Origin: Octopus sinensis
Taxonomy: Eukaryota
Direction of reading: 5' to 3'
NCBI RefSeq assembly: GCF_006345805.1
Contig: NC_043018.1
Span: 24,242,001-24,306,000 of the forward strand
DNA: 64,000 nucleotides
A program made the position numbers and the translations under genes. The notes under the pieces are model-generated. The model had not been told where the DNA came from, ran no database searches, and saw only the letters and a list, made by a program, of their open reading frames with translations. How positions within the stretch are numbered: the stretch's first letter is position 1; every line of letters begins with the position of its first letter. Below are positions 11,923 to 26,142 of the stretch, piece by piece.

Positions 11923-12207
11923 AGAGAGTATTAGTGCGTAAGATTGGTCTGGACATGCGTATGTATGGGGTTGGTGTATGTATTAGTATGTATTAGTATG
12001 TATTAGTATGTATTAGTACGTATTGGTATGTATAGGTATGTGTGTGTGTGTGTGAGAGAGTATAAGTGCGTATGCGGGGTCTGGACGTGTGTATGTATAG
12101 GGTTGGTGTAAGTATTAGTATGTACTAGTATGTATTAGTACGTATTAGTATGTATTAGTTGGTGTGTGTATTAGTATGGCACATCATATGTGATGTGATG
12201 TGTAAAG

Positions 12208-12807
12208 TCACGTGGTGTAGTGAGGAGAAGAGGGGGAGGGGAGAAGAGGGGGGAGAGAAGGGGAAGGGAAGAAGAGGGGAAGAAGAGGGGAAGAGAGGGG
12301 AAGAGAAGAGGGGAAGAGCAGAGGATGGGGGAGAAGGAAGGGGAGGAGGGGGATGAAGGAGGAAGAGGGAGAGGGGGAGAGAGGGAGTGAGGGAGCAGAG
12401 GAAGGGGAAGAGGGAGGGAGAAAGAGGGAAGAAGGGAAGGGGAGTAGGGGTGAAAGGATGAAGGACTGAAGAAGTAGGGGTCGGGGGGAGAAAGGATAGG
12501 TGAGGAGGGGGGAGAGGGGGTTAGATGAGGAGGGGGGAGAGTTGAGACCAAATGGCGTATAAGAGCGAAGAGAGAAGATTAATTCCTGTTCACGGCGCAA
12601 ACGGGAATCCGGATGGCCTCTGTGTAAGGACAAACCGAACACAGATAGGTGTTGCAAGGAGTGACCGGTGGAGCGGAAATGGCGTGAGACCGGTGTGTCG
12701 TTCGCAAGGTGGATGTCACGAAGGTGTTCCGCGAACCGGTCAGCCAAGCGGCGTCCCGTTTGTCCGATGTACAAGGAATTGCAGAGAGAGCAAGAGATGC
12801 AATATAC
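12208..12807 (-). pseudogene. Penelope GIY-YIG endonuclease domain, 5'-truncated
   Basis: Frame extends 11 codons upstream of the ORF call: VYCISCSLCNSLYIGQTGRRLADRFAEH...HF...REQELIFSLRSYTPFGLN. Confidence 0.85.
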
Positions 12808-12810
12808 ATA

Positions 12811-12978
12811 TATACGACGGGCTTCTTTTCAGTTTCCGTCTACCAAATCCACTCACAAGGCTTTGGTCGGCCCGAGGCTATAGTAGAAGACACTTGGCCA
12901 AGGTGCCACGCAGTGGGACTGAACCCGGAACCATGTGGTTGGTAAACAAGCTACTAACCACACAGCCACTCCTGCGCC
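12811..12978 (-). mobile_element. SINE family A 5' half abutting the truncated Penelope ORF
   Basis: Reverse complement of the 7938 head. Confidence 0.85.
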
Positions 12979-13259
12979 ATCTTTACATTCTAAATTAAAA
13001 TTCCGCCGAGGTTGACTTTATCTTTCATCCATTTGGAGTGGATAAAAAGGCGAAGATAAAGAATACCACACCCGGTGTTTAGGGTTAGGGTTACCCCCGA
13101 AAATGGGTGGGTGTGCGTGCGTATTGTTTACCTTTGCCGATAAAAGAAGTACCAGTTGAGCACTGGAGTTGATTAATCGACTTTCTACCTCCCCCAAAAT
13201 TGCTGGCCTTGTACCAAAATTTGAAACCAATTGGTTTATTTATTTATCTTTTTTTTTGG

Positions 13260-13470
13260 GCGGCGAGCTGACAGAATAGTCAACGCATCGGGAAAAATCC
13301 TTCGCAGCATTTCGTCCATCTTTACATTTCTCTGTTCACATTCCACCAGGGTTGAGTTTGCTTTTCATCCATTCGGGGTCGGTAAAATAAGTACCAGTTA
13401 AGGGCTGGGGTAAATATGATCGACTTACCCCCTCTCCAAAATTGGTAGCCATATGCCAAAATTTGAAATC
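13260..13470 (+). mobile_element. Diverged SINE family B
   Basis: gcggcgagctgacagaa...tttcatccattcggggtcgg...aagtaccag. Confidence 0.75.
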
Positions 13471-13887
13471 AATGTTAATGTTTCTTTTTTTTTTTTTGGT
13501 TTTGTCTCAAATATAGACATGGCCACGTATATTGGTGGGGAAGTGTACAGACAATGATATACACTCTCGGTGTATACTTCTCCACCAATATGCCTGGTCC
13601 TGTGCCTATATTTGAGTCAACCCGCCAAAAAAAAAGCTCGAAACATTATTAACATTGATTTCAAATTTTGACACATGATTGTACTTTATTTTATCGACCT
13701 CGAAAGAATGATAGATAATACAGCAGTTCTTGGTTGTATTTCGACCGTCGGGATTAACTATGTATCTATATTCTCCAGGATGCGGACCTGGAGAAGACTT
13801 TTTTAAATTGAAAAGCTGCTGTTCATGCAGCAAACTCTACCCCTTTCACATTACGGATGTTGCCAAAGGGAAAGGCAAGCATACCGG

Positions 13888-13934
<47 letters not shown>

Positions 13935-14770
13935 AAGGAAGTGTTGTTAACAAGGGGGTCGCGTTGACAAGGGTCGCTTTGACCCTCGCTGACAACCCAG
14001 TTTCTGTTCATGCCTGGTGCCATTCCACTCGAGGCATGTCGCCAATGCATTTGGGAAAGGCGTGAACACCCCGACACTACCTTCCTACCCATCCACTAGC
14101 TCTTTCAAAGAGCACACACACACACACACACACACAACACTCAAGGATACATCCAAGGAAGATCAACTGCTGCAAATTCAATCATAAACCAACTTCCTGT
14201 TATCAAGCGACTACAAAACCCGCTAGAAAATAAGTTACGGTGGTGCTCCAGCATGACCGCAGTCTTAAGAGTGAAACCATTAAAATAAAGTAATAAAACA
14301 CATACACCACACACACACACACACACACATGAATGCAATCGCTCCACTTAAAGAAATCTTCCGCATATTACATACACCCTACCGTTTTATAGAAAAGTCA
14401 GTGTATATATAACACTATGACCGAGTAATAAAGATGGAACATAGCCTTTGATCAGCCGTTAGTTATTTCGACTAGAGCCGACCTCCAGCTAAACGACTCT
14501 ATTGACATGAAGTTTGTGTAGTTTTGTAATGAAATTTCTACGAACAAAATGACCACACGAATGGTTATTGCGAAATTCCATGTTATTCCCGCTGTACCAA
14601 CTGATTTACGATCAATTTCGTTCCAGTGGTAACCACCCCGATTTTTTAAAAGACAGTATGGTTTGATGCGAGGAAGATTAGGTTCTTATTTCTAGCAGGT
14701 GCAGGGACCTTCTATCTCCTAGGAATAGCAGGCTCATATGTCAAGCCTGTCTGTCTGTCCGTCTCTCTCC

Positions 14771-14803
<33 letters not shown>

Positions 14804-15047
14804 CTCCCCTCTTTCTCGTTTAGCTCCAGGTAAGCCCAAATCGAGCAGACCTATGGTCAAGGACATTCTAATCGCGTCCAGCCATCTTTCTGAATATCTA
14901 GGACCAAAGTAGCTTATATCTGTTATTTTCAAGACTATAGTATTAATTTTTTTAAGATGCGAGGGAGATTAGGCTGTTATTCCTAGCAAGTGGAGGGACC
15001 TATCTGATAGAAATTAGAGAGGTTTCGTTATGTTAAGTATCTATCTA

Positions 15048-15192
15048 TCTATCTATCTATCAAACCCTAACCCTATCTATTTATCTATCTATCTAACCCT
15101 AACCCTATCTATCTATCTATCTATCTATCTAACCCTATCTATCTATCTATCTAACCCTATCTATCTATCTATCTATCTATCTAACCCTAACC

Positions 15193-15223
<31 letters not shown>

Positions 15224-15297
15224 ACCCTAACCCTATCTATCTATCTATCTATCTACCTAACCCTAACCCTATCTATCTACCTAACCCTAACTATCGG

Positions 15298-15366
<69 letters not shown>
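15048..15366. repeat. (TATC)n microsatellite interleaved with CCCTAA hexamers
   Basis: Direct inspection. Confidence 0.9.
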
Positions 15367-15370
<4 letters not shown>

Positions 15371-15807
15371 ATATCTTTATTTATTTATTATTTGCTTTTT
15401 CTAGCCGGTCGAGAGACAATGTAATGGACAAACTTCCTCAGTGATTCGGCTATATTTGTAGTACACATTGTATCAATGTTATTGTTTAGCAACCAGATAA
15501 GCGCAGTTTCAGAAGACATAGATATGATTTAAGGCGCTCCATCCGTTATAGTCCTATTTTTTTCCTAATATAGGCTATGTAGGACTAAATTTATGTAATA
15601 TAACATTCTTTTTTTAATTGGATAACCCCCCCTCCAAGTCTTTAGGGCGTGATATCAGGGAAATTTTGCTGCTATTTTTAGCAAGGCGAGCGACAGACAA
15701 CACAGGGTTGTTTCTTTGTTGGTTCGTGACCAAATGAATTATTCGGTTATTCGGACAAGTGTTTATATTAACGAACACGACAAGGGGATAGAGAGTGAGT
15801 GAGAGAT

Positions 15808-15894
<87 letters not shown>

Positions 15895-16313
15895 GAAATA
15901 TACACATGCGAACTTACTCAAACTCACACAAACACACTCAAACTCACATACAAATTTACACACACACATGCACAAACTTACACATACACAAACACAACAT
16001 ACAAAGAGACACATACACAAATATACATATACACGCACACGCAAACACCAACGAAATCACGTCCTCATAAGAAAGCCTGACTTTCTTTTCAGAAAGAATG
16101 TTTTGTTAAAGGATTATTACAAAAGAATCGAACATATTTAATCACTGATTAGCATTTCTAATAAATAATTTATTTTCTGCATAAAAAGGTAACCAATTAA
16201 ATAAATAGAACTATAAAATTTTAATTTTTTTCAATTTAAAATTCTGTTTCGTGGATCTAAGATCGAAACGGAGAAAGCAGTTTTAAATACTGTGGATTTG
16301 CGTGTGTGTGTGT

Positions 16314-16354
<41 letters not shown>

Positions 16355-16620
16355 CATGTTTATATGATTGGAAACGCGCGTACACACAACGCGTGTGTGT
16401 TCGATTTTATAAAGGAGAAAGATCATTTAATGTATAAAGCGGAGGCTATCTTGTATTTTATTTGAAGAGAATACTATCGGGTTACTCAAGGGCTCAGAGT
16501 TTCGTGTTAAATCATCAAACTCTATCTCGGCTAATAAATGACTGTGCGTGTGTATGTGTGTATGTAAATATGTCTGTCTGTCTATCTGTCGGTCTGTCTG
16601 TCTGTCTGTCTGCCTGTCTC

Positions 16621-16777
16621 TGGGTTAAGGCTACCATTGGTTTCATGTTAAGAGAGAAATCTCTTAACAGTTATCAAGCCTTCTACATGGAACATAGTTC
16701 GGAATGTTCCATGTGACAGGATTAATAATTGTAAAGGGATTTCTCTTTAACATGAAACCAACGGTAGCCTTAATCCA
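16621..16777. mobile_element. ~157-bp hairpin MITE-like palindrome
   Basis: ~75-bp imperfect arms around an 8-nt loop; partial diverged copy near 17053-17110. Confidence 0.7.
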
Positions 16778-17159
16778 TAAATAATCTTTATCCACCAATG
16801 TGGTGTTCGATATTAACACATAAACGCACGCACTCCCCCACAGGGTTGAACAGAAAGAACACAAGGAGAATGAGACGAAAGCAGAGCAAACGGGAAACTA
16901 GAGGAAAACTTAACGGACGGGAAATTTAGACAAAGACACGATACACGAATATGCTTACATTAACATATAGATACACTCTAATATCGAACAGTGAGAATGA
17001 GTGCTCAACATCGCATTAGTGGATAAATATTCTTTGTATGTAAGTTAACAAGACTACCATTGGTTTCGCACCGAGAGAAATCTTAGCAATTATCAAATCT
17101 GCCATATTGGGACGTTACTGTTCGCTTCCATCTTGGATGAAAACACAAGGAAGTGTTAT

Positions 17160-17515
17160 TCTTTTACTTGTTTCAGTCATTAAACTGTGGCCATGCTGGG
17201 GCACCGTCTTGAATCTTAGCCAAACGAATCAACCTATTCTTTAAGCTTAGTATTTATTCTTTCTGTCTCTTTCGCCGATTTGCTAAGAACGGGAACATAA
17301 ACACACCAACACTGGTGTTTAGGAGTTGGTGAGGGACCAACACTCCCCTCACCCTCACACATGTACGGTGGGCTTCTTTCGGTCCCCGTCTGCCAAATCC
17401 ACTCAAAAGGCTTTGGTCGGGCCGAGGCTATCGTAGAAGACGCCGAAGTTGTCACGCAGAGGGACTGAACCTGGAACCATGTGATTCGGAAGCAAACGTC
17501 TTATGCCCGCGCCTA
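17160..17515 (-). mobile_element. Diverged SINE family A
   Basis: Similarity to 9341-9722. Confidence 0.8.
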
Positions 17516-17618
17516 TATTCTTACCATAATGTATGAGAGACATGAAGTTCCTAGTTACTTAATTAAGAAAACCATAATTATTCAATAAAATAACTCGAAA
17601 ATGTTATAATGTAGACTA

Positions 17619-17810
17619 GAGCGGCAAGCTGGCAGAATCGTTAGCACGCCGGGAAAAATGCTCAGCGACATTTCGTTGACTTTTCAGCGACATTTCGTTG
17701 ACAAAGGTTGACTTTGCCTTTCATCCTTTCGTGGTCGAGTACTGGGTTCGATGTAATCGACATAATCCCTCCCCGATCTTGCTGGACTTGTGCCAAAATT
17801 TGAAACCAAT
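17619..17810 (+). mobile_element. SINE family B with probable TSD TGTAGACTA
   Basis: Family similarity; TGTAGACTA on both flanks. Confidence 0.75.
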
Positions 17811-18160
17811 ATAATATTGTAGACTAAATATTATGGCTCTAAAAGTGAACCATGCGTTTCTGGTTGCTCTTAGGCCCTCGTCAGGAGCACAGGACAATAT
17901 TGCATTTATTTAAGTTGGGTTAGGTTCATTGAGCCAATATTAAAATCTCTCTCTCTCTCTCTATCTATATATATATATATATTTATACCGGAGTAAGCAC
18001 ATAAATGTGAAACAAGGTGGAAAAAAGAGTACTCAAATACCAGAGGTAGAGTAATTTTTAAAGGTGTATCCTTTAACTAGTTTTGATCAAATTGTTATTT
18101 CACGGGAACGTGAAACTCTGAGTAACAGCTTTTGTTATATTTCTGCTGCTTTTAGATAAA

Positions 18161-18197
<37 letters not shown>

Positions 18198-19056
18198 TTC
18201 CATAGAGTTTAGTCTACTTATTAAATACAATATTGTGCTTCTGACGAGGGCCTAAAAGTAATCTGAAAAGCACGATTCACTTTTAGAACTATAATATTCA
18301 ACGGAAACTCTATTCAATCTACATTATATTATTGAGTTATTTTATATACCCAATATATAAGTTTAATGATATATACTTGAGAAACAGAACTTAATTGTCT
18401 ATCTATCTACTTACCTACATATATATTTGGTTGAAAAGTTACACAAGTGATTCAAGGTTTGGGGAGTTTCGTGTCTGGCATTATATGTGTGTGTGTGTGT
18501 GTACGCATATATTTATATATACAAATACACATCTTTCTTTGAGCCCTCAACTCCGTAAGAAATCGTTGAGATGCTCTAGTGAAACAGCATGTTTGGGGCA
18601 TTTGAAGTTAGCACGGAGAGCCCATCCCTCTCTGGGTTACAATTTACATACATATTAAAAAACAAACAAAACAGAAGAAACAGTTAACTTATAAAACTAA
18701 AAGAACTATAGCAAACTGTAATGACGAATATATTGACACGTTTGTATATTTTTGCATTCTCTTTACTTCTACTATGTATAATATTCTTCTCCAGACAAGA
18801 CATATCTTACCTGCCGACGAAGTAACGACACTAACTCTGCGTGGTCGCCAGACCTGCTAATAGCGCCAAATGTCTATCAGTGTACTGTCTTAAAAATAAA
18901 AGGACTCACTAGATAACAGGGACCTTAGGATAATATAGCTGAACCCTTCCTCCCTCACAAAAAAAAAAAAAAAATTAAGGCAGGATAATCACGATTGGAA
19001 CGCCTTTAGGTATAGGTTTGATCAATCAATACTTGGGGTTAAACAACGACGACAAC

Positions 19057-19089
<33 letters not shown>

Positions 19090-19439
19090 CGACGTCCCTG
19101 TCTTATCCCTCTATACCCATCTCTCCCTCACTGTCTCTGTCTGTCTCTCTCTCTCTGGCCTTTGTCTTTCCGTTCTCTTCTTTCTCTATCTTTTTCTACA
19201 TACAAACGTACATATGTCTAAATCATACGCGCATTTTACATCTTTTATACGTGACGGAAAGCAAGAGAGTTTGAATATTTATAATCAATTCAACGTATGT
19301 GAAATTTGTTCTTTGCTTCCTGTTTTCATCCAATATCTCTCTGTATACTCCTAAAAATTCATACTTTTTCTTTCTTGCATTTTTCCGTTTTAATTTTTCC
19401 TTCCTTCACTTGGTCTCCTTGTCTTGATATACATAAGTA

Positions 19440-19475
<36 letters not shown>

Positions 19476-20080
19476 GATATATTTGTATTAAATATATATT
19501 CTTTATGCATTTTAGTTGCATCTGACATATTGTGTGACCTTGGATGTATGTGCATGCATGGTAACGGGAGTGCTTTTAATGTGCAGCTTGCCTGTATTTT
19601 CCGTTGGAATTTTGGTGGTCGCCAAGACACGAGCTTGTAGAGATAGGTGCATAGAGAGAAAGAGAGAGGCAAAAGACTGAGTCACACACGCGCGTGCGCG
19701 CACGCACACACACACGCACACTTGCACACTTGTACACCCGCACACGTACGCACATTTACAAAGGTAGAGTTGTATAAAGAGAGAGAGAGAGATAGAGAGA
19801 GATTTGGAGGATGTCTGTAGATAGTTAGAGAGAAGAGCATAAGAGACTCAGAGAGAGAGAAAGTGAGAGAAAGAGGAGACAGAACAGTGTAGATATATAG
19901 AGTGAAAGAAGACAAAATCAGAAAGGATGAGAGGGAGAGAGAGAGAGAGAGAGAAAGAAAGGTAAAGAGAAAGAAAGAGCGACATAGCTGCGCGCACGCG
20001 CGTATATATATATATGTATGTATATATATATATATCTCTCTCTCTCTCTATATATATATACATACATACATACACACATA

Positions 20081-20124
<44 letters not shown>

Positions 20125-20849
20125 GTGTAGATAGATGAATAGACAGAGGGAGGAAGGAGAGTTAGAGAGTTGAATACACAATGAGAAAGTGTGAGTGGAG
20201 AGCGAGAGAGAAAGAGACTGAAAGCTGAAGAGATTGAATAGATAGATAGCGAGAGTAAAGACAGAGAGAGAGAGAGAGAGAGAGAGAGTCGAATAGATGT
20301 AGAGAGAGTGATAGTGGAGCGAGAGAGAGAAAGAGCGAGAGAGACAGACAGACAGTTGAATAGATAGACAGAGAGAGTGAGAGTGGAGCGAGAGAGAGAT
20401 AGTCAGAAAGCCATCGTTTTGCCGGCAGATTGCTCCTGTTTGTTGGTGGTGCGTACGTGTCTGTTTTCTATTATTATTGGTCTCTATTATATATTTATTC
20501 ACCTACATCAAACACTTCATTCATTGCTCTTTATTATTTACTGTTCAGCTCATTAATGTCTATTAATTAACCAGGGTGGTGGAAATCTCTGATTTTAATT
20601 TAATAAGCTATCTTGGATTTTAAAATTTCTCCCGTTGCCTCAACATTTTTCGGTCCATTTGGATAAATAATATGGATGTGGAAATAGATATATGGATGTT
20701 ATTAACCAGTTTTTGTTCTTACACAAACTTAAATTCCATGCCTCTTTCTATTCTACAGCTCCTGTAATTATATACTCACTTTTATTGTATACACAAACAT
20801 AGAGAGAGAAAGAGAGAGAGAGACACCTAACGCATATATAAACATCTTA

Positions 20850-21310
20850 CATTATATATTTTATATATTTATATATATGTATATATATAATATATATATG
20901 TATATATAAATATATATGTATATATAATATATATGTATATTATGTGTAATATATATATATATATATGTAGTATATATATAATATATATATATGTATTATA
21001 TATATAATAGATATATATGTATAATATATAATAATATATATATAATATGTATATATATATGTATATATATGATATATATAATATGTATATATATATTATA
21101 TATATATGATATATATATAGTATTATATATATATATATATAAATATATAATATATATTATTATATATTTTTTTTATATATATAATTAATTATAATATATA
21201 TATTTACATATATATATATTATATATATCATATATTTACATATATATATATTATATATATTATATATATACATATATATATATATATAATATATATATAT
21301 ATATAATTCA
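20850..21310. repeat. (TA)n-rich low-complexity tract
   Basis: Direct inspection. Confidence 0.9.
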
Positions 21311-23960
21311 ACACAGACGCTATGCATGTATAAACACATACACACACAACCCTACACCAACTCATTCTATGCATTATAAACACCTTTTATACTAATATAT
21401 ATATTTATATATATATATACACACACACATACACATATAAGAAACAGCTCCAAAACAAATTTATATATAGATGTATTTGTAAATGCACACACATGCATCT
21501 ATGCTGTGTGGTTGTGTCTGCGAGTGTGATTATACATACATACATACATATATATATATACATACATACATACACACTACACACACTCACGCACACATGT
21601 ATGTGAGCGAGTGTGTGTAAGTGTATGTGTGTCTTAAGACTCTTGACAACAACCAGGTCTGACTCACGTTGCTTTCACCCTATCTTATTTAGAATTTGAA
21701 TTATGATAATCTGGAATTATGATAATCTTCAAGAATATTAATGAAAGCTGTCAGGCTGTTTGTTATATTATTACACTGGGCTGTTGGAACGTGTTCCTAC
21801 AAAAGACATATATGTAGAAATATAATGATAATAACGATAGTAGTAATGATGATAATACGAATAATAATTATGATGGTGATGACCGTGGTATTATCTCATT
21901 CTTCCAAATTCTGAATGGTGACGGGGGGAACTGGAGGTGGTTTTGATTATTTTTGTATATGTCGGTTTTAGATTTTCTTTCCTCCTTGTTTTTCCTTAAC
22001 AAAACAAACAATCGCTTTATTAGGTGAAAATGAAAATCACAGATTTATAACCTTTTTTTCCCCTCTCTCCTTAGTTTTCCTTCTATTTGTCTCGGTCTTA
22101 AACCAAACCAATAACTCTTTATTCAGAGACAGACTTCATTCACACAGTAAGGAGAATAAACAAACAGTAAAAAAACTACGATGATTAATAAATAGCTTCC
22201 TTCTTTCTTTTTAATATATGGACACAAAGACTCTACGATATGTATGTACGGTCTTCATTGTCTTTTTTTCCTCGAACGAAAGCTTTCAGCTATTGTAGAG
22301 GGAAAGAAATGGCTTATTAAAATGGAATGGAAACCGGGTCGCGGAGTCGGTTCGCCGGGAGTTTACCGTGTACTGTACAGTCGTATAAATACTCCTTTCT
22401 ATTGTTCTTTCAAATAATGCTCGAAGAATTGAATAACAGTGGCTGCTGGGATAGATTCGATCGACAATATCCCTCTTCTCCTTTTTTTTTCTATTATTAT
22501 TATTACTCTCCTTATGTAAATAATATAATAAAGTTCCCCGGTAAGCCGACTGACTCTATGATCCGGTCTCTACGTTCTGCTGTAAGGTAGGGAGAGATGA
22601 CTCCGTTTCACGTTGCTTCCCGCTAAACATCTCGGGCTTCATACTTATGTAAGAAGCCACGAAGAAGAAAAAAAGAAAAGAGGAAAAGCAAGTGGCGTTT
22701 AATCGTCGTGACTTGCTGATGAAATTTCCCGAGTTCCATTTACTCCGCGAGCCGGTTTCGATTCCTGGTGGCATCCACTTTGGTGTGTTCACCGCGTTAC
22801 TGCTAACTAATTCTTGCGAGTAACATTCGTCGCCCACGTTCGAATCCCCAATGGAACTCTATTTTACGATGTTTCAAGACGAAGCTGTCTGGATAAGCAT
22901 GAATGCCACTGTTTTACTTTTTTCTCTCGCTCCCTCTGAATTAAGCTGGCTCTAATTTTCTTTGGGAAATCACAATGCCTTTATTGTATTTTCCCTTTAA
23001 ACTTTATTCGAAAGGATGTGTGCAAAAAATACTCAACCTCAACTGGCTCGTGCTTCTTTAGGAGTGTAAATCTCTCATCTTCCTGAGGATGGAGTCTGCT
23101 TTGTCGTTTTTTTAATTTTTACCATGGATAAAATGAAGAATGTGGTCGATCGCTCAATCTTGTACAAACAGAAACCTAATTCACCAAAACGTCATTTTTC
23201 TTTTCCCCCCTAATGCAGGATGGTCGCCGCTGGAACGGCTACGATCGCAGGTCTTCTTCATCAAAACCGGCCTGATAGATACCAGTAATATACTGTGACT
23301 ATTGAATCAGTTATAGAAGCCCTCCCTCGTTTCCGTTTATGAAGAAAGACCAGCCTTGAGCCTCGTCTACTTCAGAAGATTGTGATGCTAATGTCTGACT
23401 TAACAGACGCGAGCCATTCCAGATCTTTATAGCAGATCTTTAATGAAAGAAATGATGTGGCGTTCGTGACATGGCCTCTGTTTTTTATTTTTAATTGTTT
23501 TAATATTAATTTATATTAGGCATTGATAAGTGAATTAAAATTAAATATATATTTTCTCTCTTCCTACTGAGTGAAGCGAACTCGCGTTGTCGCGCAGATG
23601 GCATTCGTTTCGAAGTGACGGGATGGAGGATTTCATTTCGCTCTTTTCTCTCATTCGTCTTTTAAAATGTGTTGTGGAAACGGAGAGGCAAGCAGGATGA
23701 TGTGGTGTTCATCGCAGTTAATTGTGAAAGAAATTCATCCGTAACACGACTCTACCCGTTCGCGGAAGCCGAAGCATGCAGAGACGCGCGCGCGCGCGAA
23801 CACACATACATTATATAATATGTATGCACATATGCATGCATGCATTATGTATGTATGTATAGATGAATATATATGTATACACCGTCAGAGATGCATTGTG
23901 CCTGTAAAAGACAGATATATATACATGTATCTATAGCACAAGTATATACATGTGTGTATG

Positions 23961-24044
<84 letters not shown>

Positions 24045-24159
24045 GGTACGTACGCCGCTATATATATATAGATAGATAGATACACACACATATATATATA
24101 TATATATATAGATAGATAGATAGATACACACATATATATATATAGATAGATAGATACAC

Positions 24160-24192
<33 letters not shown>

Positions 24193-24691
24193 TACATATA
24201 TATAGATAGATAGATAGATACACATATGTATATATATATAGAGAGAGAGAACGAGATGTATATATAAAATACATTGGTACACACACACACACACACACAT
24301 TTATAGTCTATGTGAGACATGTGCCTCTGTGTGTGTGTGTGTGTGTGTGCCGTCAACGAAAGAAATCTAGTCTGTTTTATTGAATTATGAAATATTTCCT
24401 TTTTCATTCATATCGAACTGTCAGTATTGTATCTGTCCGTATGTGCACATATATGTGTGTGTGTGTGTGTGTCTCTGTCATATATGTGTATATATATATA
24501 CACATGCATATAGTTCTACCTATATTTTCTAATGGTGCTATATATATATATATAGATAAATAGATAGATGTGTCTGTCCGTCCGTCGCTGTCCATGTCAT
24601 TCATTTGCAATGATTTCAGGTCTGTTATGACATTTCTCTCAACTAAATCTTTTTGTTATTAATCAATGATGTCAACATACTACTATCCTAA

Positions 24692-24722
<31 letters not shown>

Positions 24723-24829
24723 TATACACACTCTTTCCCTCTCCTATTGTACGCGACAGTGCATCTGTGTGTGTGTGTGTGTGTGTGTGTGTACACACAC
24801 ATACAGAGAGAGTTTAACTCTACGTATAT

Positions 24830-24837
24830 ATAACTGC

Positions 24838-24873
<36 letters not shown>

Positions 24874-25650
24874 GTTTGGTTGTGTATGTATGTATGCATG
24901 CAAACACATAATGAACGTATGTATATATATATACATGGATGCTATATATGTACATAAATATATATAGTATGTATATATATATATATATATATATGATGTA
25001 TGTATATATATATATATATATATGATGTATGATATATATATATATGTTGTATGTATATATAGTATGTATGTATATAGCATGTATATATATAGTATGTATA
25101 TACATATATTATGTATGTATGTGTATATATATATATATAGTATATACGTACTATATATATATATATAGTATATATGTATATGTGTATATATATATAGTAT
25201 ATACGTACTATATATGTATATAGTATATATGTATATGTATGTATGTATATATAGTATATACATACTATATATATAGTATGTATGTATGTATATATATGTA
25301 TGTATATATGTATATATAATGTATGTATATATATTGTATGTATATATATATGTATATATATATAGTATGTATATATATTGTATGTATATATATGTATATA
25401 TATAGTATGTATATATATTGTATGTATATATATATACGTATATATATTGTATGTATATATATATATGTATATATATTGTATGTATATATATATATAGTAT
25501 GTATATATAAGTATGTATATATATATATGTATATATAGCATGTGTGTATGTATATATATATATGTGTGTGTGTATGTATATATATATAGTTTAAATCTGT
25601 GTGTGTGTGTGTATATATATATGTATATATATGTATGTATGTATATGTAG
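24830..25650. repeat. (TA)n/(TATG)n compound microsatellite
   Basis: Direct inspection. Confidence 0.9.
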
Positions 25651-25854
25651 AGAGAGAGAGAGAGAGAAAGACAGACATACAGACGTACATTTGATATCTG
25701 TGTGCATTTATATCTATGTATGTGATGTGTGTGTGTGTGTGTGCGTGTGTCTGCATGTATATATTGGTGTGCGCAGGCTAAGGGGGTGAAAGGGTAGCAT
25801 TGCTAGAGACTCGGAGAATCAAAACGGACAAATGAACCCAGCATAGGTTCAGCG

Positions 25855-25906
25855 GTTGTCTAGCAACAACACTCAACAGTGCAGGTGGATTAAGACTCCT
25901 ATAAAA
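25855..25906 (+). promoter_or_regulatory. Candidate RFX X-box plus TATA box
   Basis: GTTGTCTAGCAAC at 25855-25867 and TATAAAA at 25900-25906 in a unique island; motif match only. Confidence 0.25.
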
Positions 25907-26076
25907 AAGCACTTGTGTCAGCCCCGTTAGCCTGGTGTTTTACTGGCACAGTTAAATACTAGGGTTGGTCTCTGGTGTTGAATAAATCAATCCGTTGGCA
26001 AATATATAGTCGCTTCGTACTCGAGGCCGACAAATATATTCAAGAAATGGCAAACCCCTACAAGCACCAACCCAAC

Positions 26077-26142
<66 letters not shown>

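Larger units (their letters stand above)
11520..12807 (-). mobile_element. Penelope-like retroelement, 3' portion (GIY-YIG domain plus pLTR)
   Basis: GIY-YIG ORF, pyrimidine-rich and CATA/CA low-complexity 3' region, hammerhead-like motif, end abutting (TA)n. Confidence 0.8.

Noticed and set aside
13779-13875. Possible exon after ttctccag
   Set aside because: Only a weak GC donor and no recognisable protein
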